A DNA stretch of 53,495 nucleotides, the filler included, from Jimgerdemannia flammicorona (taxonomy: Eukaryota): assembly GCA_003990765.1 (NCBI GenBank). It is 2 parts of 2 records of this genome, joined end to end, with 100 filler letters (N's around TTAATTAATTAA, not from the genome) between each part and the next. Parts side by side here need not be neighbours in the genome. Positions count along the whole stretch, not along the records: positions 1 to 26,706 come from RBNJ01000704.1; positions 26,807 to 53,495 come from RBNJ01000705.1. One strand, 5' to 3'. The notes beneath the pieces were generated by a model that made no database searches, had not been told where the DNA came from, and saw only the letters and a list, made by a program, of their open reading frames with translations. Both the position numbers and the translations under genes were made by a program. Positions 25,322-38,035 of the stretch are shown here, in pieces (the first letter of the stretch is position 1; each line of letters starts with the position of its first letter).

Positions 25322-25451
25322 GTTACTCTAAAAAACAACTCTCTTATACTCTGTGACTTTGGTTTAACTCAGCTTCATGATCTTATATGATTTTCTAATT
25401 TGTTCAGAGAGTGATATATGGTTTTAGTGACTTAGAGGTTGTACACCTATA

Positions 25452-26437
25452 ACTAGTATACTATAACCCTATAATATATAGTACCATAATCTATTAAAGA
25501 TATATTAATAGCAAATCTGAAAGTAAAGACAATACACCTCTTCTCTACTCACCAATACCCTATCTAGCTTTTAAGATAGATAATAACATTCTGTAGGATA
25601 GTAATATAGTTCTAACCTACTACTATATAAATAAACAGAGATGTTATCCAAAAACTACTCTTTTTAGGTGACTACTTCTTTAGAGATAATATCATCAATA
25701 GTAATCTTATTGAAGAATATTCAAATAGTATCTAAATCTATAGATAGTCTAGTGGTTATTAGTATAATTAGATTAGTCTTATACTATATAATTGTATACT
25801 GACTCATCAGTCAGATAATCTCTTGATATATTAGTTCTCACTTATATTATATGACTGTATTCTAACTCATCAAAACACCAAGTACTATATCTATATTTAG
25901 TATAGTCTAGATAATATCTTATTAGTATAAATATCTACTCTCTTAGATCTCAGAAACTTAGATACAAATAAACTCAAACAGACAGAAATATAGATAAAGA
26001 ATCTAGAAGAACACTTTTTTATATAAATATTTCTTCATATACTATGCCTAGTATAGTAATATTATAAATAGCAAATAAATCTATTTAATAACTCATAAAT
26101 TACTCTTAAGTAAATCTGTACTCTATTAGGTCTCACTCTTAACCAGATTCCAAAATTTTCTAATTAAGTATTATCTGCAGTAATATACTAATTCAACTAA
26201 ACTGGTCTTAGTTTCTCAAACTTTCTAAAATACAGAAAATTCTGAATATTCAGAATAAGTCTGAAAAGAGACTTTAGTTGAGACATTAATCTGATTTTGA
26301 AATCAATAAGTATAGTAGATATACTCTATATAAAATTAATCTAGACCTTAAGAAAACAGTCTTTTAGAATATTTAGAACTTCTAGAAAATTTCTCCAGAA
26401 CTATATAATGATACTCTAATAAAGTAATCCTCTTATA
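25452..26437 (+). mobile_element. Oldest, most AT-eroded type-A LTR 3' half
   Basis: Colinear with ~11475-12441 and ends in CTCTTATA. CpG has essentially disappeared and TpA is abundant. Confidence 0.85.
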
Positions 26438-26706
26438 TCTAAATAAGATAGATATAAAACTATCAGTATTTTATAAATATATCTCTGATAAATTAATCAT
26501 TATATTCTATGAAGATTTTGAGCAATATAGTGCTATAAAAACTCTAATCATATAATAATAAGTAGCTTTCATATCTTTTAGCCTTTGAGATCTAGCAAAA
26601 GTAGTATTTATAATAGTAAATAATACTGAGAATAATGATAATATAACTCTATTAGTATAAAAGACTTAGCTGTAAACCAACTACTATATATAGTACGCTT
26701 AATAAG

Positions 26707-26806
26707 NNNNNNNNNNNNNNNNNNNNNNNNNNNNNNNNNNNNNNNNNNNNTTAATTAATTAANNNNNNNNNNNNNNNNNNNNNNNNNNNNNNNNNNNNNN
26801 NNNNNN
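26707..26806. other. Assembly gap with a six-frame-stop linker
   Basis: N44-TTAATTAATTAA-N44. Confidence 0.98.
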
Positions 26807-27233
26807 CCCCCCCTACCCCTTCTTGACGAAAAACCACTTTATCAAACACTATCGCCACCCGCCCACCACTCTGCTCACAGATCCCTTCCACCAGACGGCG
26901 ATGTCACCCACCTTGCAGTCCCCACCCAATCCACCACCCTGTCAACAAATCTGCCACCAACTTCTCTCATCTCAATAACTTTTCCCGTATCTCTATCTGT
27001 CGCCTCTCCTCAAAAACAAAGAGCCAATGTCCAGCCAACCCCACCCACACTGCCACAACCCATCTTACAGTAAGCCACCTATTACGGACACCTCCCACAA
27101 GTCTAGATTCCAGATCTTCCCAGCAACCTCTCTCCCCATCTGGTCTCCTTTCAACCCCAAGGCGGTCCCCTACAGCTATTCAAAAGTCCCCCAGAACCTC
27201 ACACTCCCCCAGCCAATGTTCTGGCATTTGCAC
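26807..27233 (-). mobile_element. Possible LINE 3'-end fragment
   Basis: The minus frame reads QMPEHWLGECEVL...RWLTVRWVVAVW..., resembling the ET.EH...EC zinc-finger tail and Trp-rich C-terminus of LINE ORF2. Contains TGA stops. Confidence 0.35.
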
Positions 27234-27915
27234 AAAATTAATAAAAGAGAATCAGTCTAAGTCATATTATAGAAGTTGAAAATATAGACCCAGTTATCAA
27301 AATTGATATTAGATATTAATAGAGTATAAATAGCTCTATTAAGAAATATTCTCAATAAGTCTTTAGAACTATAGTAATTATGAATGAATATAACACTTTC
27401 AAGATATGTTTATATTGCTTCTTAAAACTCATTCTTTATTAAACTTATAAAATAGTTGATAAAAAGAAACAAGTTATCTATCTAAACAGTATAGTCAAAT
27501 ATATTCATCTTTACTATCTTATAAGAATAATTAACTATATATAAGAAACATAAATGCAGTCATGAGCATCAATGTGTCCAGAGCATTGATCATCCTGTCA
27601 TCAGATTGCAAATCTCTTTCTTACTATTGCTGCAAAGCCAAGCAATTAAGGATACAACCTTGCAAATGAACTCACAGCCATAACACCAGTGTTGGTTCCC
27701 CGCAAGAATGAGGAAGGAGATTTTGAGTTTTTTTAATTTTCGCGATTGGTTTATTCCGCATGTTCACTTTGTTGCAGCATGCCATATACTCCGCTAAAGC
27801 AAGATGATATATACATGGCTCTGGCAATAAATACAAAAAAAAAAGAAAGATATCGATTGTTCGTGGTCAAAACATCTCCCACTGTGTGCGGAATCTATCA
27901 TTATATCCGCAATTC

Positions 27916-30656
27916 CTATTCGGTTTGCTTCAAGAACGTCAACAAACGCTTCTTGTGGATCACCCCAATGTATTTGCCAGCATAGTTAGTAACGCAAACG
28001 TAGCACAGCCCAAGCTTAGTGAACAGCTCCATCACAAGTTCCATGTTTGCATTCTCATTGACGGTTATTGGGCCCTGAAGAAAATATATGTTACCCAGTT
28101 AGCTCCAGCATAAGAGAAATTATTAGGTATATATAGATTTTGGAAACCAAGGTAAAATTCGTTGCGCACCTGATCAACATATGGCGAGAAGTCGGCTACG
28201 ACCTCTACCTCATCCGTCTCCTCTGCATCCGCTTCGACTGCCTCCGTCTCCATCACTCCCCATGATCGTTTGAAATGGCACCTTTGCCCTGCTTCCGCCT
28301 CATCCTTCTTGGCAGACGTGCCGGCCGTCAGGGACGACTTCATCAGTCGCCTGCTCACCCGATCCAGCGCGTGTTGTAGCTCGTGACATGCGATGAAGCC
28401 CACCAGCGAATCTTCTTCGTTCAGGATGGGCAGACCGCCGTCCTCCAGGTATCCTGCAGCTTCTACGATTGCCAATTTGTCTCGCAGGTCTGTCACCGTG
28501 TTGCGCGCGTTGACATTGATGGTGGCCACAGATTCGGTGACGTCCGAGATGGTGGGAGGGTTGATGTTTTCGGGGCGTTGATCGAGATATGGGTAGCCGT
28601 TGAGGTCGATGATCAAGTCGTAGATGCCGTGTGGATGCATCGCGTCTGAGGTCCACTTGGAAACCTGATATAATATAGAACCTCGGCAGTTTAATATCTA
28701 ACACATTGCCCTCGATGTTCCTCTAGGCGAGAAAGCTTGAAAGGCTTACCATTACCGCCAGCATGATTGGCTGTATACGTTGTGATATAAATACAACAGC
28801 CGTCAGACTCCTGCGAGGCATAAAACATATGGCCACCAACACAATCGCGTAAAAAAAGCAAGATAATTTAGCGTACCAACAGATATGTCAACGCTCCTGT
28901 CAACTCAAACATGATTACAACGAGAGAAACTGGAATAAGGATGAAAGGTGTCATCGTGCATATTAGATACAGAGACAGAGATCCCCAGATGTACATTTCG
29001 CAGATATGTTCAAGGCCCACCAGAAACGCAATACTGAAGGTGTTTGGAATCCACCCAAGCCTTACCAGTCGTTCTTGTCACGCCCGCTAAACTCGCCGCG
29101 GCCCCAACCATAGCGTATACGCCCGGGATGACGCATTCGCCCTCTGCAGCCATCTCGCTACCGCAGCGCGCGAACAGCTCGAGGTCCGGGAAGCGCATGG
29201 TCAGGTACTGCATGCCGAGCCCAACCATGCGCCCGAAAATGGCACCCACTGCAAGAGAAGGGAGAAAGATGCCGGCGGGGATTCTCAGGCCGAAGGTGAA
29301 GATGATGAGGATAACCTTGATGACCAGGGTGGCGGCGAGTAGGTTGAGGCGGGGGTAGATGGCGCTAATGGTGGTGCTGGAGCCAAGATTGGGTTGAGTC
29401 GAGGAATTTTGAGTTAGCCGTTAAAGTAGACGGTCATTTTCCGACAGAAAAACAGATGTTGCACTTACGCGCAAAGACCTTCATTATCGTTGGTTGAGGT
29501 GCACTCGGCAAACAAATTCATTACGAATTCCGTCAGACCCATCCTGTCGTTCGTGTTCATACAATTTTTAAACTGTAAGTCAGCATCGAGGTTATGTAAC
29601 TTCAAAGACAGCTTCGCAATGCCAACGATTTCCCCATATTTCAATGGCGGTAACTTATCTAACCTCGCAAATGGATTCCAGTAGCTCACAAGGACAGTGA
29701 TAACCATGATCACCACGACTTCAGCGACTGGATGCCGACCGAGCCAGGTCGTTTTGCGAACGTGCTGCCACCGTATGTTGAGCTTGCTAAAGATAGCCCC
29801 AAAGAATCCCTGTGGAAAGTGGGAATGATGTGGAAATGGTTGATTTCCAATGGCGACTCTCAATACGCCATGACAAGTAAACGAAACCTGGCCATACGCA
29901 CCCCAAACAATCCGCACAGCAAGAATCCCGCCATCTCGAACCAGTGCCAGTCTCGATCGTAGCTGACTTGGAACATTGCAATCTTGCCGTTACCGAACGG
30001 GTTGAGGAGCTATGCGAAAAACGGCACACAAAAATACTGGTGAGATGAACATGTTGAAATATTTGTAATATTTATGAAGAGAGGTACCCCGCTGAACCTT
30101 TACGCTCTCCTAGGGACTTGAGGCAAGTACCTTCAACGTCATCGCCGCAATGAGCGCGCTGAAGAAGCTTCGGATCATGGTTTTTATAGGAAAGTAATAG
30201 CTGACTTCCTCGAGACTGAAGAGCACACCGCCAATGGGTGCCGCAAACGCGACTGCGACGCCTGCTGCCGCAGATGCTGAAAGGATCTCGCGGCGCTTTC
30301 CTAAAAGCATTTAAAGTCAGATACATGATTTGCAAGAATGACAACAAGCGAAAAATACATAGGGCCGGTAAACCGCAAGGTGAAGTGCTAAAAAAAAAAT
30401 ACCTTCGTTTTTGTTGAATTTGCTAAAAATACGGCACAAGATGTTACCAACACAGCAGGCAATATGAACAAAGGGACCTTCCTTGCCACAATTTAAACCT
30501 GAGGAGACAGCTAGCGTCTAAAAGAGGTGGTTGGAACGAGAAAACCATAAGTATGTTAATATCAAGCGAGAAATTTAGACAAGGAGATGAAGGTTGTGAA
30601 CCAATGGATTGTTTCACATCATTGGCTTTCTTCTCACACACTCCCCCCACCACCAC

Positions 30657-30697
<41 letters not shown>

Positions 30698-32318
30698 ATC
30701 TGTCAATAAATATATTCATAGCAAAGGATCCCCAGCTACTCACCGATCCTATAATTTTAACTATAAGCGTTTGGATACCCAAGAACTTACGGATGACGAA
30801 CCCCCCCAGGATGGTTTTCACCTCGGCAATACCCGAGCCCGCCGCGAAGTACACAACTTTAAGGTCGGGTTGCGCGGTGGGGGATGCGCAGCGAGTGGCG
30901 ATCACGTCGGCAGAGATTTTGACAAGAATGGCAGCGGTCAGCGAGAAGAGAACCTTGAAAATTGAACGTATGTAGATGATGATACGATGTATGGAAAGGA
31001 AGTAATGAATTTTCGGGCGTAACACGATTTCGAATTTGCTGTAGGATTATCGAGATCGAGAAATAGTGCATAAACCCTCCAGTGTGAAAAAACCATGATC
31101 ACAGGCACTAACGACTTACTCCCCACGCGCCATACATGAACATGGATACTTCATAAGCCTTGTCTCCTCCGTTAGGGATATCGAAAGCCTCGGACCATGT
31201 TTTCCATTCGGGGCAAGCTTCACGTTCTATGTGGGCGGGTGCGCAACATTGGAAAATGCAGCGGAAACACATGTTATGTGCGGCCCAGTGTAGGGTTCTG
31301 AGAGGTATCATCCTCATCGTTTTTCTATGCTACGCGGAGAGATAAATGGAAATGATAGAAACATACCCTCTTTTCCCCAACAACAAAATTCTTGATTCCA
31401 CCTGAAGTTGGTCGTGCAGTAGCCATTCTTGAGGCCACTCAACCACTGTTGCATGATGTCGATAGATGCCGCAATGCAAGCGGTTACAATGCCTACAGAT
31501 GTCAAGAAACCATTTACAAATACGATATGGTAAAAGAATTTCGCATATCAAACACACAAGGAATGGTTTGATTCAATATACAAGAAACAAAACATGAATA
31601 AAATGACGGAAAATAATAAGGTTATGTACCGATTAAAGTGACCAGAATCCAGGCCTTCGCCCGATCCCATGTGTTAATGAGCCGCCCACGGAATCCTTTC
31701 ATGGAACGTAATTTACGTAGCCTGACTCGTTCCTTTGTGTAGTCGTGGATCCAATCTTCGAAACAGTTCAGGGGGGTGTGTTTAGGACAATAAATTTCAT
31801 TGAAACATGACGCTTCGCTTTGCAACAGGCCGTTTTCCTTTTATGGTAAACTTACCGATGGTGGAGTAATTCTCGTACCACACCCGAATGCCCGCCCGCT
31901 CGTCTAGCAAACCCTGCCTGTCTTCGTCGTAGTTGCCCGTCCGCCTCCGACGCCACTTGAAAGTCAATGATCTCTTTGGAACGGAGGAGCGGTGCTGAAG
32001 GGGATTCAGGTAGGGGCGGAGACGTGTCTGCTGGCCGGAGGGCGTGGCAGACGGGCGGACGCTCGTGGACGAAGCGGGAAAGTGGTAGTCCCTTGAAGGA
32101 CGCCGCTCACCATAGTTTGGAGGCGGGGTTCCAAGCAGGGCACTGTGTTCACTGTAGCTACTGGGCGCCTGAGTGACCTCGGGAGTTCGGGAGCGGGAGC
32201 CGGAGGGCATGGGGACGGGGTGGTAGTTTACTGGGGATGAAGAGAGGGAGTCTGTGTCGGAAGGGTTGTCGTAGTCGAGGGTTAGCTCGACGCGACGGGG
32301 CTTTGGTATGTTCTGCAT
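27916..32318 (-). CDS. CLC-family chloride/proton exchanger (Gef1/ClC-3-like), multi-exon, with C-terminal CBS domains
   Basis: Motifs [34 protein letters not shown] (gating Glu), [16 protein letters not shown] (proton Glu), [15 protein letters not shown] and [11 protein letters not shown]. The last exon ends ...LLTFLKQTE* at 27916. GT-AG introns. Confidence 0.95.
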
Positions 32319-32463
32319 GGGTTGGGGGGTGGGTTAGTTTGGGAAGGGGGAGCGAGGTTGGGCAGAGCGGTGGATCAAAGGTCATGGGACGGTCACAGGT
32401 GGCTTGTCGCGTCATAGTCATGAGGAAAAAAATTGGAGTTTCCTTTTTCTCTCCTTGTCCACA

Positions 32464-34649
32464 ATGATCTCCGCCCTGCACTGGATACAAAGGGGCGTCG
32501 CCCTCCAGCACCCCGAAAAGTACAACCTCGACGAGAAGGAGTTCCAGCGCATTAGTGCACTGGCAGCAGAGCAGCTTCAAGATGCAAGGGCTGATTTGGC
32601 AAACGCTCAGAGGGCAAATGGGTAATGGATATATTTCCCTTACGTGCGATAATGATAATTTGACGATAGAATTGCATCTAGGGTGTTTGCAAATGTTTTC
32701 TCAACCGTTGTGTTTTTGTTTAGCGCCTCGTCTGCTAAGGAGGAGCCCGCTAAGGCGATATTGGCTGATGACGAACTGGCGAAATACGATTTGGAGCATT
32801 ATGATGATCCACCCGAGGAGGGTGACGGACAATGTAGTTATCTCCCCCCCTTCCAATTAATAGAGCCGCATACCCTTCTCTTTCTGACATGTCTCGTGAC
32901 TGCCATCCGCATCCGCAGCTATGAACATCTTCTCCAGCATCAAGGGCCTCACCTACTACCCCACGAACGAAGATGATCCCTATATCACCCTCAAGGACAA
33001 CGGCGATGACGAGGATGAGCGCGCCGAGCTCGAGATCCTCTCGACAGATTCTCTTCTTGTCGCTGCCAAGACAGAGGACGATATCTCGCATCTCGAGGTG
33101 TATGTGTACGAGACCGAGGACGAGAACCTCTACGTCCACCACGACATCATGCTGCCGGCGTTTCCGCTATGTCTCGAGTGGCTCGACTTCCGGCTCGGTC
33201 GCAAGTCCGGCCAGGAGGGTGGTGGGAACTACATTGCCGTTGGGACATTTGAACCCGAGATCGAGATCTGGGACTTGGACGTGGTGGATTGCATGTACCC
33301 CGATGCAATTTTAGGGCAGCAGAATAAGGGAAAGGAGAAGAAGAAAAAAAGCAAGAGCAAGAAGGCGAATGCCGAGCATCATACGGATGCCGTGATGTCG
33401 TTGTCTTGGAATGAGCTGCATAGGTATGTAGGCGGAACCGTTATTTTGGCATTTTAAATAAATTCGTCGTCACAACTAGAGCAGGAGTAATGAACTTGTG
33501 TTTCTAATATCAACTACTTTTTTTGCCCCTGCTTATCTTCAGGAACCTCCTCGCCTCCTCCTCTGCCGACACCACTGTCAAACTATGGGACCTCACGACT
33601 CTGAGCTGCGCCCACTCCTTCACACACCACACCTCCAAGGTGCAGACGGTGATCTGGCACCCGACGGAGTCGACGGTCCTGCTAACGGGCTCGTACGACC
33701 GCACGGTGGCGGCGTTCGACTCGCGGGCGCCTGCGGCGGTCTCGCAGTGGCGGGTCACGTCGGACGTGGAAACCCTTAAGTGGGACCCCCACCACCCCAC
33801 CCACTTTTACGTCTCCACCGAGGAAGGCATCGTCATGTATTACGACGGCCGTGTTACCGAAAAGGCCGTCTACATTCTGCATGCCCACGACTCGGCCGTG
33901 TCTACCCTCGAAGTCAATCCGTGCGTGCCCGGATGCATCGTCACCGGGAGCGTGGATAAGATCGTTAAGGTGTGGGATGTGAAGGATAGTAAACCGAGGA
34001 TGGTGACGAGTCGGGATTTAGGATTGGTAGGGTCTCTTGTTATGCGCTCTTGTTTTTATCGCCTATTTGTTACAATAGACACAAACAAACTCTGACTACC
34101 GCATTGTTTACTAAAACTCAACAGGGTAAGATTTTCTCTGCCAGCTTTTGCCCTGATGCGCCTTTCCACCTGGCTGTCGCTGGGTCCAAGGGACAGGTGC
34201 AGGTCTGGGATCTGTCGTCCAACGCGGGTGTGCGACGGGCGTTCGAGGGACGGACGCCCTTGATTGCCAAGGTCAAAGCAGAGGTCGTGGAGGTATGTTA
34301 TCCTAAACGGGAGTAATGTGACTAGGGTAATGGGAAATGGATATTGTCCCCAGGCGAAAGTATGAAGCATTGAAGACGTAGCGGCAATGGTGGACGAAAT
34401 CAATACGTGACACGGATTCGCGGCCCCGCGCAATTGCATATACTGGCTTTATAAACTTCGAGAGGAATTGCTCACGGTTTGCCTCTTTCTACTCAATGCT
34501 AGAAAAACCCCGTCGGCCTCGTCGATGACGAAGGATCAGAGTCCGAGGAGGACGATGAACCGGCCGGGGCGGCGGATAAGGAAGTGGTGATGATGGAAGA
34601 AGACGATGAGATGGACGAGGAGGATGAGGAGAGCGAGGACGATGTGTGA
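32464..34649 (+). CDS. PWP1: Periodic tryptophan protein 1, a WD40 ribosome-biogenesis factor
   Basis: MISALHWIQRG...PEKY, EDDISHLEVYVYE...NLYVHHDIMLPAFPLCLEW, YIAVGTFEPEIEIWDLDVVD, several WD repeats and an acidic tail. The last exon is 34503-34649. Confidence 0.95.
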
Positions 34650-35127
34650 GGCGGTCTTAGGATCTTTGTACAGAACTCTAAGTGTGGCTGCGAAAATAGC
34701 AACACCAGAGTGTGTAGATGTGTACGTTTAATATAATTGCTTCAGATAGAGAGTATTTTAATCACTTGGGACTGGATAAGTGGGCTAGCATTGCGGATTC
34801 AATCGTTTGTGTCATCTTTTGAGTCCGTGCTTAGGCTCAATCTGGATGTAAAGGCGAACGAGCATAACAGAGAACCAGACAGAGTCTAAGCACAGGAGGA
34901 CGAGAGACGTTGGGTCAGGTTTAAATGGTAAGGGGGGGGGGAGGTCATGGGTGTGGTGGGGTGAAGATGAGGTGGGGGGAGCAAGGAGTGTTGGGCCTAA
35001 TTCAGTTTGACAGCTCTGAAAGGAATTCCTGTGGCTTGTCCATTGGGCAGGGTCGGATGACGTCATCCTTCGCCACATCAACATCGAAATCATTGTGAAA
35101 AGATGGGTCTTTCTTGCACTCAACCAC

Positions 35128-37163
35128 ATGGCATCCTCTCAGATCATTGGGAAACTGTCCAAGGAGGACTACCGTAAGCAGAAGGACCTCGAGGCTGCAC
35201 GGAAGGCCGGTACCGCTCCCGCAGAGCGTGACGAGGAAGGCAAGGAGATCAACCCCCATATCCCACAGTACATCTCAAAGGCACCATGGTACCTCGACAC
35301 CGGTCATGCCTCGCTCAAGCATCAGCGTGTGCCGACCAGCGGTTCGGAAACGGCGTTGAAGGACAAGGGCGAATGGTACGCGAGAGGTGTGAGAGCTGTA
35401 GGTCGAGGTTTTCATTTTTTTTTCGCAAGTTCGCTCATTCAGAACGTTCGAGTTATAACTATTCGACATGGTCATGGTTCTATAGGGTCCCGCCGCGACA
35501 AAATTCCGCAAGGGCGCCTGCGAGAACTGCGGCGCCATGACGCACAAGACCCGGACGTGCATGGAACGTCCGCGGAGGCAGGGCGCCAAGTGGACAGGCA
35601 AAGACATCCAAGCCGACGAGGTCGTAGAGAATTTGAAGCTGGACTGGGACGAGAAGCGAGACCGCTGGAACGGTTACGATCCGCGTGAGCACGACAAGGT
35701 CGCGGAGGAATACGAGAGAATTGAGGAGGAGCGCCGCAAGCTCAAGGCCTCGGAGCTCGACAAGCAGGGGCCCACTACCACCGCTGAGGCCAAGAAGATC
35801 GTCGAGGGCGGCGCTGGGGGTTTCTCGAGCGACGATGATAATGATGATGAGGAGAAGTATGCGGAGCAGATGGATATGCCGGGGCAGAAAATCAATACCA
35901 AGACGAGGACGACCATCAGAAACTTGAGGTATGATGCTTCCTCCGAATTTATATTTGCATTTAGTCTACCCTACAAAAACGATCCTGACATCTACTTCCT
36001 CGTGTAACAAATAAATAAATAAATAAAGGATTCGCGAAGACACGGCCAAATACCTCCTCAACCTTGATATCAACTCCGCACACTATGACCCCAAGACCCG
36101 CTCGATGCGCGACAACCCGAACGCGGAAGTAAATCCGGAGGATGCGCACTACGCTGGCGATAACTTTGTGCGGTACACGGGCGACGCGCCCGAGCTGGCC
36201 AAGGTGCAACTATTCGCGTGGAACGCTGCCGAACGCGGCAACGACGTGCACCTCCAGGCCAACCCCACCCAGCTGGCCCTGCTGCACAAACAATACGAGT
36301 CAAAGAAGGAGAAGGTCAAGGACACAAATCGCGACTCCATTCTGGAGAAATACGGGGGGGAGGAGCATCTCGAGGCTCCGCCAAAGGAGCTGCTACTTGC
36401 GCAGACGGAGAACTACGTCGAGTATTCGAGGACGGGGAAGCTCGTCAAGGGGCTGGAGAAGCTAAAGGCGAAGTCGAAGTACGATGAGGATGGTGTGTAT
36501 CTCTTATTGGTTTTTAGGAGACATGTTGCAAAGATTTATTTCCATATGGATGAATCCGAACACTCACCCTGCCGTTCATTTTCGTCAACGCCACCAGTTC
36601 ACCCTTACAACCATACTACCATTTGGGGGTCGTACTGGGCTGACGGCCGTTGGGGCTACAAGTGTTGCCGCTCTTTCAACAAGAACGCGTATTGTACCGG
36701 TCTCGCGGGTATCGAAGCCGCCAAAGCCGCGACCGCGGCTCAGCTCCTCGGCGAGGGCTCCGCCTCCTTCTCCGCCGCGGCCGCCATGGCTGCCGGCGGC
36801 GAAGACGATGGCACGCAGAAGACACTACTGGAGCAGCATCTCGAGAACAAGAAGAAGAATAGAGGTAAGGACAAGGATAAAGAAGGCACGTCCAACCCGC
36901 ACCTGAAGCGTAAGGACCTGGGCGAGGGAGACGTCGAGCTCGACCAACACAAGCTCAAGAAGGCGCTGAGAGAGCTGGACGAGAAGAAGAGGGGAGGGGA
37001 AAAAGGAGAGGAGTTGGACGAGCGGAAGAGGAAATACAACTCGGCATATGCTAGCGGGAAGGCGGAGGAGGAAGTTACGGAAGAGCAGCTAGAGGCGTAC
37101 AGGTTGAGGAGGCAGCATTACGACGACCCCATGACGAATTACAAGGACGACGACGACGATTGA
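35128..37163 (+). CDS. SLU7: Pre-mRNA splicing factor Slu7
   Basis: [35 protein letters not shown], zinc knuckle [38 protein letters not shown]...YDPKTRSMR and WGSYW...WGYKCC. Three introns. Confidence 0.97.
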
Positions 37164-37206
37164 GCGGTTAATAGAGAGGGAAGCCAGGGATTTAGGGGGA
37201 GAAGTG

Positions 37207-37209
<3 letters not shown>

Positions 37210-37278
<69 letters not shown>

Positions 37279-37280
37279 TT

Positions 37281-37327
<47 letters not shown>
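37210..37327 (+). repeat. ~118-nt poly(T) tract
   Basis: Seen directly, with two G interruptions, followed by a short (TG)n run. Confidence 0.9.
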
Positions 37328-37328
<1 letters not shown>

Positions 37329-37889
37329 TGAGCTTGTGTGTGTGTGTGTGTATGTGTTGCGCAGTTTTCACTATGTATGCGTTGCACTACTGTGTCCGCA
37401 CTATAGTATCGCCGCGGTTTTTAGTACTTTATGTTATGGAATAAAATCAGTTGCGGAGAGAAAAGAAAAATCCAATGGGAGCTGCGTTATTGATCTCTGT
37501 CTGATTCAATATCGCCTGTCTTTGTTCGGTGTTTGACGCAGGCACTAAGCGATAGCCACTTCCTCGGCAGGCAATTCGGAGAACACGTATTCTGCGGCCA
37601 CCACCGTTGGCGATGGTGAAGATATGTTTTGGTGTAAAATTGGCAATGATATTCACATCCAACACACCTTTCAGACTGATGCATTTCTGATCGCCGATGA
37701 CCTTTTTGGATCCATGTGCGTTACCAGGCATCTACCTACCTACCCGAGAAAGCTGAGCATTGGATGTTCCACCATGTCAAGGACCAGAGCGCTTACTCTC
37801 AATCGGACCACCCTTCCGGATTTCTGGCCAATGGGATCCCTATTGGTCAGTGCGATCTGTTTGGCGTCGTGGTGTGTTGGGCCCTTTGT

Positions 37890-38035
37890 GTCGCGCCAAG
37901 GCTCCTTTGTGTGTTTGGGCGTCGCGCAATGGCCCCTTTGTGTGTTTGGGCGTCGCGTAATGGCCCCTTTGTGTGTTTGGGCGTCGCGTAATGGCCCCTT
38001 TGTGTGTTTGGGCGTCGCGCTATGGCTCCTTTGTG
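37890..38035. repeat. 31-bp tandem repeat, ~4.7 copies
   Basis: Unit GTCGCGTAATGGCCCCTTTGTGTGTTTGGGC; GTCGCG occurs at 37890, 37921, 37952, 37983 and 38014. Confidence 0.92.

Larger units (their letters stand above)
9989..25348 (+). mobile_element. Type-A solo LTR split into three pieces (9989-10407, 22229-23844, 25322-25348)
   Basis: Termini TATAAG...CTTATA, mutated from TGTAAG...CTTACA. Flanked by TSD CTCTA/CTCTG. The pieces join into one complete LTR. Confidence 0.9.

Noticed and set aside
26751..26762. TTAATTAATTAA palindrome
   Set aside because: Artificial six-frame-stop linker in the centre of an N gap.
37890..38035. CRISPR-like array
   Set aside because: Head-to-tail repeats with no unique spacers, no cas genes and a eukaryotic context.
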